From Tannockella kyphosi (lineage in GTDB: Bacteria; Bacillota_I; Bacilli_A; Erysipelotrichales; Coprobacillaceae), in NCBI RefSeq assembly GCF_021054785.1, contig NZ_CP088239.1, positions 1,350,001-1,382,000 of the forward strand: DNA of 32,000 bases. The letters are read 5' to 3'. Below, piece after piece: positions 1 to 13,086 of this stretch. How positions within the stretch are numbered: position 1 is the first letter of the stretch; the number at the start of each line of letters is the position of its first letter. Below the pieces are notes generated by a model. That model was not told where the DNA came from. It made no database searches and saw only the letters and a list, made by a program, of their open reading frames with translations. Made by a program: the position numbers and the translations under genes.

Positions 1-962
1 TTTGTTTGAACTAAGATATTAGCATCTACTAAACTAATACCTAATTCTTTTGTATAACGCAATACTCTTTTATCTGGCATTTCAGGTAAGTTATTTTTAA
101 TTTGTTTTACCCAAGCTGGATCTAAACGGATTGGTAAGATATTTGGTTCAGGATAGTATTTATAATCTACTGCATCTCCTTTGGCACGCATGATTGTTGT
201 TTCTTTTTTGTCTTCATCATAACGCATTGTGTTTTGAATAACACTACCACCTTCTAATAAGATTTTTTCTTGTCTTTTTCCTTCTACTTCAACTGCTTTT
301 TGAACATTAGAAATAGAGTTTAAGTTTTTGATTTCAGTACGTGTTCCAAATTTATCACTACCATAAGGACGTAATGAAATATTAACATCACAACGCATCG
401 AACCTTCTTCCATCTTAGCATCACTTACTTCTGTAAATAAGAAGATTTGTCTTAGTTTTTCTAAGTATGCTGCAGCTGCTTTTCCTGAACGAATAGTTGG
501 TTTCGTAACAATTTCAATTAATGGAATACCTGCTCGATTATAATCTAATAAAGAATAATCATCAAAATGTAACTGTTTTGCAGTATCTTCTTCCATATGT
601 AGTCTTTCGATTTCGATAACTTCTATTTTCCCATCGACATTAATTTCTATTTTACCATTTCTACCAATAGGACGACGATCCTGTGTGATTTGGAATCCTT
701 TTGGTAAGTCTGCATAATAATAATTTTTACGATCAAAACAAACTAGTTCATCAATTTCCATATCAAGTGCATGACATACACGCAAAGCATATTCTACGCC
801 TGCTTTATTTAAAACTGGCATTGTTCCAGTCATCCCCATATCAACTTGATTAATCATTGTATTTGGTGCTTTACCAAAGCTTACTGGAGCATTAGAAAAC
901 ATTTTTGTATTTGTTGTTAATTCGCAATGAACCTCTAGTCCAATTACTGTTTCAAAATTCAT
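1..962 (-). CDS. gatB: Asp-tRNA(Asn)/Glu-tRNA(Gln) amidotransferase subunit B (partial; C-terminus lies beyond the window edge)
   Basis: Minus-strand frame is open to position 1. ATG at 962..960 is preceded by GAGGGAGGA. My translation MNFETVIGLEVHCELTTNTKMFSNAPVSFG...RKNYYYADLPKGFQITQ...HMEEDTAK is a typical GatB N-terminus. It lies directly downstream of gatC-gatA. Confidence 0.9.
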   Translation of the reverse strand, partial: MNFETVIGLEVHCELTTNTKMFSNAPVSFGKAPNTMINQVDMGMTGTMPVLNKAGVEYALRVCHALDMEIDELVCFDRKNYYYADLPKGFQITQDRRPIGRNGKIEINVDGKIEVIEIERLHMEEDTAKQLHFDDYSLLDYNRAGIPLIEIVTKPTIRSGKAAAAYLEKLRQIFLFTEVSDAKMEEGSMRCDVNISLRPYGSDKFGTRTEIKNLNSISNVQKAVEVEGKRQEKILLEGGSVIQNTMRYDEDKKETTIMRAKGDAVDYKYYPEPNILPIRLDPAWVKQIKNNLPEMPDKRVLRYTKELGISLVDANILVQT

Positions 963-964
963 CT

Positions 965-2419
965 CTAATCCTCCCTCTTATATTGATTTTTAAATGTTAA
1001 AACATTTTCTAAAGCATAAGAAACATTAAGAACAGTTTGTTCTTCAAAAATACGTCCCATTAAATTTACTGCAATAGGCATATCTTCTACAAAACCAGTA
1101 GGCAATGTTAAACTAGGTGTTCCGGCAAAGTTTCCTAACGCTAAATGATTTTCTAAAATAACATACTCACTTGATGTTACATCATCACTTGCATTTGCTT
1201 CTGTTTCTTTAGGTGCAATTGTTCCTGCATTTGGAGTTAAAATAATATCATATTCTTGATATACTCGATTTAATTCTTCTACAATGAGTCTTCTTACTCT
1301 TTGTGCTTGTCTAAACATCTTTTCTTGATTTTCAGTAGCTAAAGCTAAGTTTCCTAAAATAAAACGTCTTTTAATATGATCTCCAAAACCATGTGTTCTA
1401 GATGCAATCATTACTTCATCTGTTGAATCAGCTATTTGGAAGTCACCATATTTAATACCATCTAAACAAGAATGGTTACTTGTTGCTTCACTATTTGCAA
1501 TGATTTTATAAGTAGGTAAAATAGCTTTTAATAAAGTAATATCCATTTCTACTTCTTCTACAATAGCTCCTAATTCTTTTAACTTAGTTACGGTATCTTC
1601 AAAATTCTTTTTTATTTCTTGATTACTAATTTCATCTACTACTGATTTTAATACTGCAATCTTTAAACCTTTTATATCCTCATTTAAATTATCTAAATAT
1701 GCTGGTACTTCTAAATAACTAGAAGTCATATCACGATCATCACGTCCTGCTAATGTTTCTATTACAATCGCCATATCTCGAACATTTCTTGTAAAAGCAC
1801 CTACTGTATCTAAACTAGATGCATATGGAATAACTCCATAACGTGAAATTCTTCCCCATGTTGGCTTAAATCCAACAATACCACAATAACCTGCTGGTTT
1901 ACGAATAGAGTCTCCTGTATCACTTCCTAAAGCAAAAGGAACAACCCCACATGCTACAGAAGCAGCACTTCCTCCTGACGAACCACCACTAATACGTGTT
2001 GTATCCCAAGGATTTAAAACTGGACCAGTTAGAGCTGATTTATTAGTTCCACCCATCGCAAGTTCATCCATACTTGCTTTTGCTACTAGACACATATTTG
2101 CATCAAATAGTTTTTCCACTACACTAGCACTATATACTGGTACATAGTTTTCTAACATTCTAGAAGATGCCGTTGTTTTAATACCTTTGGTATTATAATT
2201 ATCTTTTAAGACACCTGGAATTCCAGCTAATAAGTTATCTTCTTTTATAGTAGCATTTGCTAGTTGTTCAAGTGCTTTTTCTTTTGTAATAGTTACAAAA
2301 AGATTTAAACGTTGTTGTTGTTTTTCAACTTCTTGGAAAAGTTCTTGATAATATGCTTCTTTATCAAAGTTATCACTTATTAATAATTGATGTAATTGTT
2401 CAATCGTTTTTGCTTCCAT
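965..2419 (-). CDS. gatA: Glutamyl-tRNA(Gln) amidotransferase subunit A (amidase signature family)
   Basis: 484 aa with the amidase signature GGSSGGSAASVA and GSDTGDSIRKPA. Its ATG shares 1 nt with the gatC stop (TAATG). It sits in the gatCAB order. Confidence 0.95.
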   Translation of the reverse strand: MEAKTIEQLHQLLISDNFDKEAYYQELFQEVEKQQQRLNLFVTITKEKALEQLANATIKEDNLLAGIPGVLKDNYNTKGIKTTASSRMLENYVPVYSASVVEKLFDANMCLVAKASMDELAMGGTNKSALTGPVLNPWDTTRISGGSSGGSAASVACGVVPFALGSDTGDSIRKPAGYCGIVGFKPTWGRISRYGVIPYASSLDTVGAFTRNVRDMAIVIETLAGRDDRDMTSSYLEVPAYLDNLNEDIKGLKIAVLKSVVDEISNQEIKKNFEDTVTKLKELGAIVEEVEMDITLLKAILPTYKIIANSEATSNHSCLDGIKYGDFQIADSTDEVMIASRTHGFGDHIKRRFILGNLALATENQEKMFRQAQRVRRLIVEELNRVYQEYDIILTPNAGTIAPKETEANASDDVTSSEYVILENHLALGNFAGTPSLTLPTGFVEDMPIAVNLMGRIFEEQTVLNVSYALENVLTFKNQYKRED

Positions 2420-2712
2420 TATCCCACCACCTTCGGTACTTTAATTTGATTATCTTGAACTGAAGTAGCATTTTGTAATGCTTCCTTTGTTTCTAATACT
2501 TCTCCTACTACATCTTCTCTTAAAAAAGAAGTTTCTATTTCATAAGGATAAGCCATTGGCTCTACCCCAGTAGTATCAATATTTGCTAGTACTGCAACAT
2601 GTTGCATAAATACTTCATATTCTTCTACTAATTCTGGCATTTGTTCATCAGTAATTGAAAACATTGTTTTCAACCCCAATTTTCTTAACATCTCTTCTTT
2701 ATTTTCCATCAT
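2419..2712 (-). CDS. gatC: Glutamyl-tRNA(Gln) amidotransferase subunit C
   Basis: 97 aa, with the size, position upstream of gatA and C-terminal ...VPKVVG typical of GatC. Confidence 0.9.
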   Translation of the reverse strand: MMENKEEMLRKLGLKTMFSITDEQMPELVEEYEVFMQHVAVLANIDTTGVEPMAYPYEIETSFLREDVVGEVLETKEALQNATSVQDNQIKVPKVVG

Positions 2713-2720
2713 CCATTCTC

Positions 2721-3818
2721 CTAATATCCTAATATATATGTTTTAGCATCTTGGTTAACATCTTTTACAATCATTGCTTCTAAACTATCCTGCGAATAAA
2801 CCATTGCTGTATAATCAATATTTAATTCTATATCATTCATCTCACTAGCAAGTACACCAATACAATATTCTAATTCAACATAAGTTTTAACATTAGCCGT
2901 GACTTTGATTGTAAAACTAGTCAGTGTTTCATCATAATACATCCCATAAGCTACTACTCCTACCGATTCTAAAGAAACACTTTTTAAATTTGTTTTCATT
3001 AAAGAAATACTATTCGATAGTTCTGGGTCAATTGTCTCTGCATCCGTACTTGTAAATACTACTTCTTGGAAACTAACTTCATTACTAGTACCTAATACAT
3101 TTTCTTCACTATAAGTTTCTAAAATATAAGCCCCACTATACCATGAAGAGCTAGAATCATTTGCTTGATAAACACAAATCAAAATAGGTAAGCTAGTATA
3201 TTCACTAAAAGTAGCATCATTTTGAATATAAGAATATAACGTTTCTGTTGCTTGGGTCGCATATTCTAAAATATAAGCATCTGTTAAACCACCTGTTATA
3301 GATTCATAAGTTCCTTCTTCTGTTTTTGTTAAAGGATCTAAAATAATACTAAATGATAATCCTACTAAATCATAGCTATCATCATTTTTTTGATAGAAAT
3401 CTAATTCATAAACAGAACTAGTCATAATAACACTAGTATATCCTTCAATAATATCATCTTGAGCTGGTTGTAATGTATAGGTGTTGCTATCACTTGCCCA
3501 CAATAATAAATCACTATAAGAATCAGATTGTGTTAATAACTGACCTTCTGCCATATAATGATTATTTGTAGAAAAATAATCTGTTGATAAATATTCTAAA
3601 TCACGACCTACTTTTTGCCAGTCACTACTTTGATTGTAATTATTATAATATTCATTTCTTCCAGTGTAAGCATCAAATTGAACAACTGGATAGTAAGTAG
3701 AACCTAAACTATCAGCACTTGTTACTACTTGACTATCATTTTGTTCTACTGTTTCTTGGATTTGACTACAACCACTTAAAAGTAAAACCATACAAATTGT
3801 GATTAATGTTTTTTTCAT
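2721..3818 (-). CDS. CamS/YerH-like lipoprotein (sex-pheromone-precursor family)
   Basis: Lipoprotein signal peptide MKKTLITICMVLLLSGC with a lipobox Cys, and RBS GGAGGT. It occupies the yerH slot of the conserved Bacillus pcrA-ligA-yerH-gatCAB block. The family call rests on synteny, size and composition, not on a search. Confidence 0.65.
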   Translation of the reverse strand: MKKTLITICMVLLLSGCSQIQETVEQNDSQVVTSADSLGSTYYPVVQFDAYTGRNEYYNNYNQSSDWQKVGRDLEYLSTDYFSTNNHYMAEGQLLTQSDSYSDLLLWASDSNTYTLQPAQDDIIEGYTSVIMTSSVYELDFYQKNDDSYDLVGLSFSIILDPLTKTEEGTYESITGGLTDAYILEYATQATETLYSYIQNDATFSEYTSLPILICVYQANDSSSSWYSGAYILETYSEENVLGTSNEVSFQEVVFTSTDAETIDPELSNSISLMKTNLKSVSLESVGVVAYGMYYDETLTSFTIKVTANVKTYVELEYCIGVLASEMNDIELNIDYTAMVYSQDSLEAMIVKDVNQDAKTYILGY

Positions 3819-3840
3819 TTTTTACCTCCAATTTTTGTAC

Positions 3841-3849
3841 ATTATAACA
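3841..3849 (-). promoter_or_regulatory. Possible internal extended -10 (TGTTATAAT) ahead of camS-gatCAB
   Basis: On the minus strand, ATGTTATAATG lies 22 nt upstream of the camS-like ATG. The -35 position (ATGATT) is poor and lies inside the ligA 3' end. Confidence 0.3.
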
Positions 3850-3854
3850 TAATA

Positions 3855-5938
<2,084 letters not shown>

Positions 5939-5947
5939 ACTTCATTT

Positions 5948-8089
5948 TTAATTTAATAACTTTTTAAAACATTGATGGCTAGCCATCAATGTTTTAATAC
6001 CTGCTGGTAAACTAAAAGCAATATCTAGCGTTTGTCCATTAACTGCTACAACTACTCCTTTACCAAAATGATCATGACTTACAAAGTCTCCAATCTTCCA
6101 ATCTTTTACTTCATTATCACCTACTAAATCTAGCTTTGGTGGTGTAATATAGTCACTTGTTTTATAAGTAGGTTTTTTACCAAGATGTTTTACTCCTGTA
6201 GTCCCTATTTCATTTAAAAAGCGACTTGCAAGTTTAGGAGAATTCATAATAAAGCTATAACCTTGACTATCTGTTAAAAACAATTGCCTTTTCGCTCTTG
6301 TAAAAGCAACATACGCTAATCGTCTTTCTTCTTCTAATCCTTCTTCTCCATCTTCTCCAATCGTACGGAAACTAGGGAATATCCCTTCACTTAGCCCAAT
6401 TACAAAAACATAGTTAGACTCTAATCCTTTGGCCATATGAATAGACATCATACTTACAAACTGCTCTCCTTGATCACGATCACTATCTGTGAATAAGGCA
6501 ATATCTTGTAAATAATTTTCAATAGATGCGGTTTCAGGATTCGCATTTTGATAATCAAAAATAGCTCTTTTTAATTCATTAATATTATCAATACGATTCT
6601 CTTCCACATCTTTACGTAACATTTCCATATAACCAACATCTTCTAATAAATCCTCAAAAATCAAATGCATTGCTTTTGAAGAAGATCTTGCTTTTAAAAG
6701 TGCATTCGCTAATATTTGTACTTCTTTTTTTGTTTTAGAAGAGAAGTTTATTTCATTACTATGAAATAATAAAGCATCTAAATAATCTATTTGATAGTTA
6801 AGTGCTACATACTGTATTTTCTCTAATGTTTTATTTCCTATTCCTCTTGTTGGAACATTAATAATCCGTTCAAACGATAAATCATCATTATAAGCAACTA
6901 AACGCAAATAACTCAAAGCATCTTTCACTTCTTTTCTTTGAAAAAACTTTAATCCCCCATAAATACGATAATCTATTTTACGACGAATCATTGCTTGTTC
7001 TAAGTTTCTAGATAAATAATTTGCACGATATAAAATTAAAAAATCACTATAATTAATACCTTCTTCCTTATTAATAATTTCTTCTATTTGATCACATACA
7101 TACTCTGCTTCTTGTTCTTCACTTGCAGCCATATAATGAACTACCTCTTTACCTATATCAAGATTAGTATAAAGATCTTTTTTTAAACGATTTTGATTGT
7201 TTCTTATTAACTTATTAGAAACACTTAAAATATTCTTACTAGAACGATAATTACGATCCAATGTAATGGTTTTAGAACCTACAAAATCTTTATCAAAATC
7301 TAAAATATATTGAATATTAGCTCCTCTAAAACTATATATAGTTTGATCAGGATCCCCTACTACACAAACCGTAGCAAACTTAGAAAGCATTAAAATCATA
7401 CGATATTCAATATCTCCAACATCTTGAAACTCATCTACATGAATAAACTGAAACTTATGTTGCCATTTTTGTAAAACATCAGGATAGTTTTCAAACAATA
7501 CCATTGTTTTTAATAACAAATCATCAAAATCTAATAAGAATTGTTTTTCTTGATAAGCTAAATATTCTTCATAAATCACTGCTTTTTTATATTCTCCTTC
7601 AAATTGACCAGCTAATTGTTTTGCTTTTTCTGGAGAAATATTTGCCATTTTATAATTTGAAATAGAATGCAATGCACTCTTATAAGAAATTGTTTTTAAA
7701 GGGATTTCTAATTGTTTATAAATCTTTTTTAATAATGCTTTTTGGTCTTCTTCATCCATAATAATAAAACTACCTGGATACCCTAAAACTTGAATATGTT
7801 GTCTTAAAATACGAACACAAAGAGAATGAATGGTACAAATCAAAGACATGTTTCCACCTATCCCTAATATCCCATTTACTCTTTCTTTCATTTCATTAGC
7901 AGCTTTATTTGTAAAAGTGATCGCAAGTATTTTACGTGGATCTACTCCAATATTTTGAATCAAATGAGCAATACGATACGTTACTACTCTTGTTTTACCA
8001 GAACCAGCTCCAGCAATAATACGCAAATGTCCATCTAAATAAGTTGCTGCTTTTGCTTGATTTTCATTTAATAATGTTTCTATTTCCAT
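5948..8089 (-). CDS. pcrA: ATP-dependent DNA helicase PcrA (UvrD/Rep SF1)
   Basis: Walker A AGAGSGKT, DEFQD motif, and the position upstream of ligA as in Bacillus. The track start at 8101 is a TTG that forms part of the GGAGGG RBS. The real start is most likely the ATG at 8089 (MEIETLLNENQ...). Confidence 0.9.
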   Translation of the reverse strand: MEIETLLNENQAKAATYLDGHLRIIAGAGSGKTRVVTYRIAHLIQNIGVDPRKILAITFTNKAANEMKERVNGILGIGGNMSLICTIHSLCVRILRQHIQVLGYPGSFIIMDEEDQKALLKKIYKQLEIPLKTISYKSALHSISNYKMANISPEKAKQLAGQFEGEYKKAVIYEEYLAYQEKQFLLDFDDLLLKTMVLFENYPDVLQKWQHKFQFIHVDEFQDVGDIEYRMILMLSKFATVCVVGDPDQTIYSFRGANIQYILDFDKDFVGSKTITLDRNYRSSKNILSVSNKLIRNNQNRLKKDLYTNLDIGKEVVHYMAASEEQEAEYVCDQIEEIINKEEGINYSDFLILYRANYLSRNLEQAMIRRKIDYRIYGGLKFFQRKEVKDALSYLRLVAYNDDLSFERIINVPTRGIGNKTLEKIQYVALNYQIDYLDALLFHSNEINFSSKTKKEVQILANALLKARSSSKAMHLIFEDLLEDVGYMEMLRKDVEENRIDNINELKRAIFDYQNANPETASIENYLQDIALFTDSDRDQGEQFVSMMSIHMAKGLESNYVFVIGLSEGIFPSFRTIGEDGEEGLEEERRLAYVAFTRAKRQLFLTDSQGYSFIMNSPKLASRFLNEIGTTGVKHLGKKPTYKTSDYITPPKLDLVGDNEVKDWKIGDFVSHDHFGKGVVVAVNGQTLDIAFSLPAGIKTLMASHQCFKKLLN

Positions 8090-8100
8090 CTTGCCCTCCA

Positions 8101-8124
8101 AAAAATAAAAAGAACAAAATGTTC

Positions 8125-8126
<2 letters not shown>
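8101..8126 (-). terminator. Weak terminator/attenuator-like hairpin between pyrD and pcrA
   Basis: On the minus strand, AAGAACA-TTT-TGTTCTT is followed by TTTATTTTTT, which runs straight into the pcrA RBS GGAGGG. The stem has only 2 G-C pairs. Confidence 0.45.
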
Positions 8127-9789
<1,663 letters not shown>

Positions 9790-9793
<4 letters not shown>

Positions 9794-11067
9794 TCCACTT
9801 CCTCCAATTTTGTCACTTTTCCATCCAAAATATGATAACTTACATATCCTTGACATTTTACTCCTAAAAATGGTGTATTACAAGATGCAGACTGAATATT
9901 TTCTTCACTAATGACATACTCTTTTTGTAAATCTAACACACATAAATTTGCTTTCGCACCAACTTCAAAATGATGATTTAACCCTAATATATTGGCCGGG
10001 TTATCTGCCATACATAATAGTACTGTTTCTAAATCAACTAATCCTTTTTTTATAATATAAGTATTCATTAAACTAAAAGCATGTTGGTTCCCAATAATAC
10101 CAAAAGGAGCAAGATCGATTGGTTTCATTTTTTCTTCTCTACTATGAGGAGCATGATCAGTAGCAATTACTTTAATTGTACCATCATTAAGTCCTTCTAT
10201 AATCGCTAGTAAATCTGCTTTACTACGTAGAGGAGGATTCATTTTATAGTTAGGATGACAATCTTTAATGTTTTCATCTGTTAAAATAATATGATGAGGA
10301 CAAACTTCTCCAGAAACTTGTTTTAATTCTTTTTTAGCTAGACGCAAAGCTGCTACTGTTTCTTTAGTTGAAATATGACAAATATGATAACGATTTTGAT
10401 ATTTTTTAACCATTTCTAAATCACGAATAGCATGATTATATTCGGAAGCATTATTAATACCTTTTAATTGATGTTCTTTGGCATAAGCACCATCATGAAT
10501 ACAAGCCCCCGGTACTAATTCTTCTTCATCTTCACAATGAGCAACAATAATAGAATTTACAGATTTTGCTTGTTTCATCGCTTCTGCCATGATTTCAGTA
10601 GATTGAACACCTTTTCCATCATCACTAAAACCAAGTATATTCATCGTACTATTTGTTTGAAAGTCTACTAATTCTTTTCCTGCTAACCCTTTTGTTATTG
10701 CACTATATGTATAAGTATGAATAAAACTATCTTTTTTAACTCTTTGATAAAAATCTTCTATTACTTCTTTATTATCCATGCAAGGAATCGTATTAGCCAT
10801 AGCCACTAAATGCGTATATCCACCATACATGGCACTACGAGTTCCACTTTTAATTGTTTCTTTGTATTCAAAACCTGGTTCTCTTAAATGAACATGCATA
10901 TCTATAAATCCTAATGTTACTAATTGATTAGAAACATCAATAATTGTTCCTTTTTCTTGTGTATTAGCTTCTATTTTCACAATTTTATCTGCTTCCATAA
11001 CAACATCTAAATGTTGTATTTTACCTTGATAAAATATATCTCCATTCTTTAAAATAATCTTTTCCAT
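9790..11067 (-). CDS. pyrC: Dihydroorotase
   Basis: 425 aa with the metal-binding motif DMHVHLREPG, ...TDHAPH..., and RBS AGGAGGA. Confidence 0.9.
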
Positions 11068-11090
11068 TGTCTATCCTCCTAATTCACCTT

Positions 11091-11119
11091 ATCATATCAA
11101 AAGATATCTCTATTTACAA
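11091..11119 (-). promoter_or_regulatory. SigmaA-type promoter of pyrC-pyrK-pyrD
   Basis: On the minus strand, TTGTAA-17 nt-TATGAT lies directly after the coaD terminator. It leaves a leader of only about 20 nt. Confidence 0.55.
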
Positions 11120-11125
11120 TCATTA

Positions 11126-11152
11126 TGAAAAATAAGACACTAGTGTCTTATT
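11126..11152 (-). terminator. Intrinsic terminator after coaD (end of the yktA..coaD operon)
   Basis: On the minus strand, AATAAGACA-CTAG-TGTCTTATT is followed by TTTC. The 9-bp stem overlaps the coaD TAA. Confidence 0.7.
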
Positions 11153-11630
11153 TATATTTTTCTTTTAGTGCTTCTTCCACACATTCTGGTACTAGTGAAG
11201 CAACACTACGATGATGACTTGCCATTTCTTTTACAGTAGAAGAAGAAATATAAGAATGTGATGGTTTTGTCATTAAAAAAACCATATCTATTTCATCATC
11301 TAAATATTGATTAGAAAAAGCTAACTGTAATTCATATTCAAAATCCATTGTGGCACGTAAACCACGGACTAATACAGATGCTTGCATATCTTTTGCATAA
11401 ACTACTGCTAGTTTAGAAGATGCATCCGCTTTTACATTTGAATAGTTTTTTGTACTTTCTTGGATTAGTTTTATTCTTTGTTCAATAGAAAACAATCCTA
11501 CTTTATTAGGATTTTCAAAGATAGTAACATATAATTCATCATACATTTTACTTGCTCTTTGGATAATATCCATATGTCCATTTGTAATTGGATCAAAAGT
11601 TCCAGCATAAACAGCTATTTTCTTTTCCAT
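11148..11630 (-). CDS. coaD: Phosphopantetheine adenylyltransferase
   Basis: 160 aa with the nucleotidyltransferase motif GTFDPITNGH and an ISSS motif. It follows rsmD as in B. subtilis (ylbH-ylbI). Confidence 0.95.
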   Translation of the reverse strand: MEKKIAVYAGTFDPITNGHMDIIQRASKMYDELYVTIFENPNKVGLFSIEQRIKLIQESTKNYSNVKADASSKLAVVYAKDMQASVLVRGLRATMDFEYELQLAFSNQYLDDEIDMVFLMTKPSHSYISSSTVKEMASHHRSVASLVPECVEEALKEKYK

Positions 11631-11632
11631 TT

Positions 11633-12184
11633 TTATTCCCCTTTATATCGATATATGTGTAAAGCTGTAATACCATAATTCACTTCTTTTATACATTCTA
11701 ATTGGTTTATTTGTGGTAAGATAGCTTCTTTTATTTCTTCTACTACAATGATTGCATCATTTTCTAGTAAGTTATGTTCTACTAAATAAGATAAGGTATA
11801 GTTAGCCATTTCTTTACCATAAGGCGGATCTAAGAATACATATTGGAATTGTTGATTTTCATTTTTGAATTTTTCCAATGCTTTTTTATAATCCATTTTA
11901 TAAACATTCGCATTTTCTATTTTTAAAGTTGCAACATTTTCTTTGATTACTTTAAAAGCTTCTAAATTACTATCTACACTAATTAGTTTCGTACATCCTC
12001 TACTCATTGCTTCAATACCTAATCCACCACTACCACCAAACAAATCCAAAACACATCCCCCATCAAAATAAGGACCAATAATATTAAATAAATTTTCTTT
12101 GTTTCGATCAGTAGTTGGTCTTGTTGAATTTGATTTTACAGTTTTTAAAGTACGACTTTTATATGTTCCTGCTATAACTCGCAT
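11633..12184 (-). CDS. rsmD: 16S rRNA (guanine966-N2)-methyltransferase
   Basis: 183 aa with the SAM motif LDLFGGSGGLG and catalytic DPPY, plus synteny with coaD. Confidence 0.85.
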   Translation of the reverse strand: MRVIAGTYKSRTLKTVKSNSTRPTTDRNKENLFNIIGPYFDGGCVLDLFGGSGGLGIEAMSRGCTKLISVDSNLEAFKVIKENVATLKIENANVYKMDYKKALEKFKNENQQFQYVFLDPPYGKEMANYTLSYLVEHNLLENDAIIVVEEIKEAILPQINQLECIKEVNYGITALHIYRYKGE

Positions 12185-12192
12185 ATTCCCTC

Positions 12193-12534
12193 CTACAAAT
12201 GAAATTTTGTTGTTTTTAATTCATCACTAATATCTTTAAAAACAATATTTGTTATTTGTTGTAAATGTTCTTCTAATAAATAATAAGCATCATAATATTC
12301 TTGAATATAAGGATGTTTTGATACCTTTTCTTTGATTTGTTTTACTACTTCTTTTGCTTGTTTTTCATCTTGTTTATATCTTCTAGCTAGCTCATATTGT
12401 TCTAGTGATGCTTGATATTCTTTTAAAAGAAGTTGTAATTGTGAATCTTGTAATTGTTTTTCTTTTAAAATGAATTGTTGATAACATTCTTCTTGTTTGA
12501 TTGCTAGTACTAGTTTTTCAATTATTTCTTCCAT
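12193..12534 (-). CDS. YlbF/YmcA-family regulatory protein
   Basis: 113 aa, all-helical and Glu/Gln/Lys-rich. It occupies the ylbF slot between ylbE-like and rsmD(ylbH). RBS GGAG. The family call comes from synteny and composition. Confidence 0.6.
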   Translation of the reverse strand: MEEIIEKLVLAIKQEECYQQFILKEKQLQDSQLQLLLKEYQASLEQYELARRYKQDEKQAKEVVKQIKEKVSKHPYIQEYYDAYYLLEEHLQQITNIVFKDISDELKTTKFHL

Positions 12535-12541
12535 ATTTCTC

Positions 12542-12721
12542 CTATAACAACATTTCCATCATTGATAAAATCATGGACATCTTATCTAGTTTCGATTCCA
12601 TTGTTTCTTTTGTTTCTATTTTAAACTTTTTTTCTAACTCTTTTTTCTTTTCTGGATACCTAGAAAGAGTAATATACCAAGAAGGATTTTCTTGCATATA
12701 TAAGGCTAAAGAATCATTCAT
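12542..12721 (-). CDS. Small YlbE-like protein (59 aa), absent from the ORF track
   Basis: My own minus-strand translation gives MNDSLALYMQENPSWYITLSRYPEKKKELEKKFKIETKETMESKLDKMSMILSMMEMLL followed by TAG. The ATG at 12721 overlaps the upstream gene's stop by 8 nt (ATGAATGA). The ORF ends just before the RBS of the ylbF-like gene. It has a PxWYxxLSRxP motif and sits in the ylbD-ylbE-ylbF order. Confidence 0.55.
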   Translation of the reverse strand: MNDSLALYMQENPSWYITLSRYPEKKKELEKKFKIETKETMESKLDKMSMILSMMEMLL

Positions 12722-13037
12722 CGTACCACTTTGTAGTCTTTGATGAAGTTGTTTCTTTATTATCAGGCAAGAATGTTCCTAACATTGTTAATACTTTCTC
12801 AATTGAAGTTAGGCTATTACTAACTTGTTGCATATCTAAGTTTTTTACAATTTCATAAAGAGTAAGAAGATCAATTGTATTTGATTTGTTTTTATAAGGC
12901 AACCAAAATTTATCTTCTTTTCCATATAATATATATATTTCATAGAGTTGTTGCCAAGTATACCTTGAATTTAAGACATCTTCTTTAATACTAGGTATTG
13001 TTGCAATAAACTGTTTAAAGTCATCTAGTTTTGTCAT
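12714..13037 (-). CDS. YlbD-like small protein (putative spore-coat associated family)
   Basis: 107 aa with RBS AGAGGTG. The pattern ...SRYTWQQLYEIYILYGKEDKFW...MQQV...IEKVLTMLGTF resembles my recollection of B. subtilis YlbD. The position upstream of the ylbE/ylbF-like genes supports the call. Confidence 0.5.
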   Translation of the reverse strand: MTKLDDFKQFIATIPSIKEDVLNSRYTWQQLYEIYILYGKEDKFWLPYKNKSNTIDLLTLYEIVKNLDMQQVSNSLTSIEKVLTMLGTFLPDNKETTSSKTTKWYDE

Positions 13038-13086
13038 GATTACACCTCTATTTAGTATATGTAATTACTAAATAATAAGTGCACCA

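Noticed and set aside
12501-12743. 80-aa plus-strand track ORF (MLVLVFQLFLPYFSYNN...).
   Set aside because: It is low-complexity and Phe/Ser/Ile-rich, has no RBS, and overlaps the ends of two minus-strand genes. The opposite strand encodes a motif-bearing YlbE-like ORF that fits the operon exactly.
13048-13073. Inverted repeat TATTTAGTA-N8-TACTAAATA between ftsW/rodA and the ylbD-like gene.
   Set aside because: It is almost pure A-T (one G-C pair) with no U-tract, so predicted stability is marginal. It is more likely compositional than functional, though it ends right at the ylbD-like RBS.
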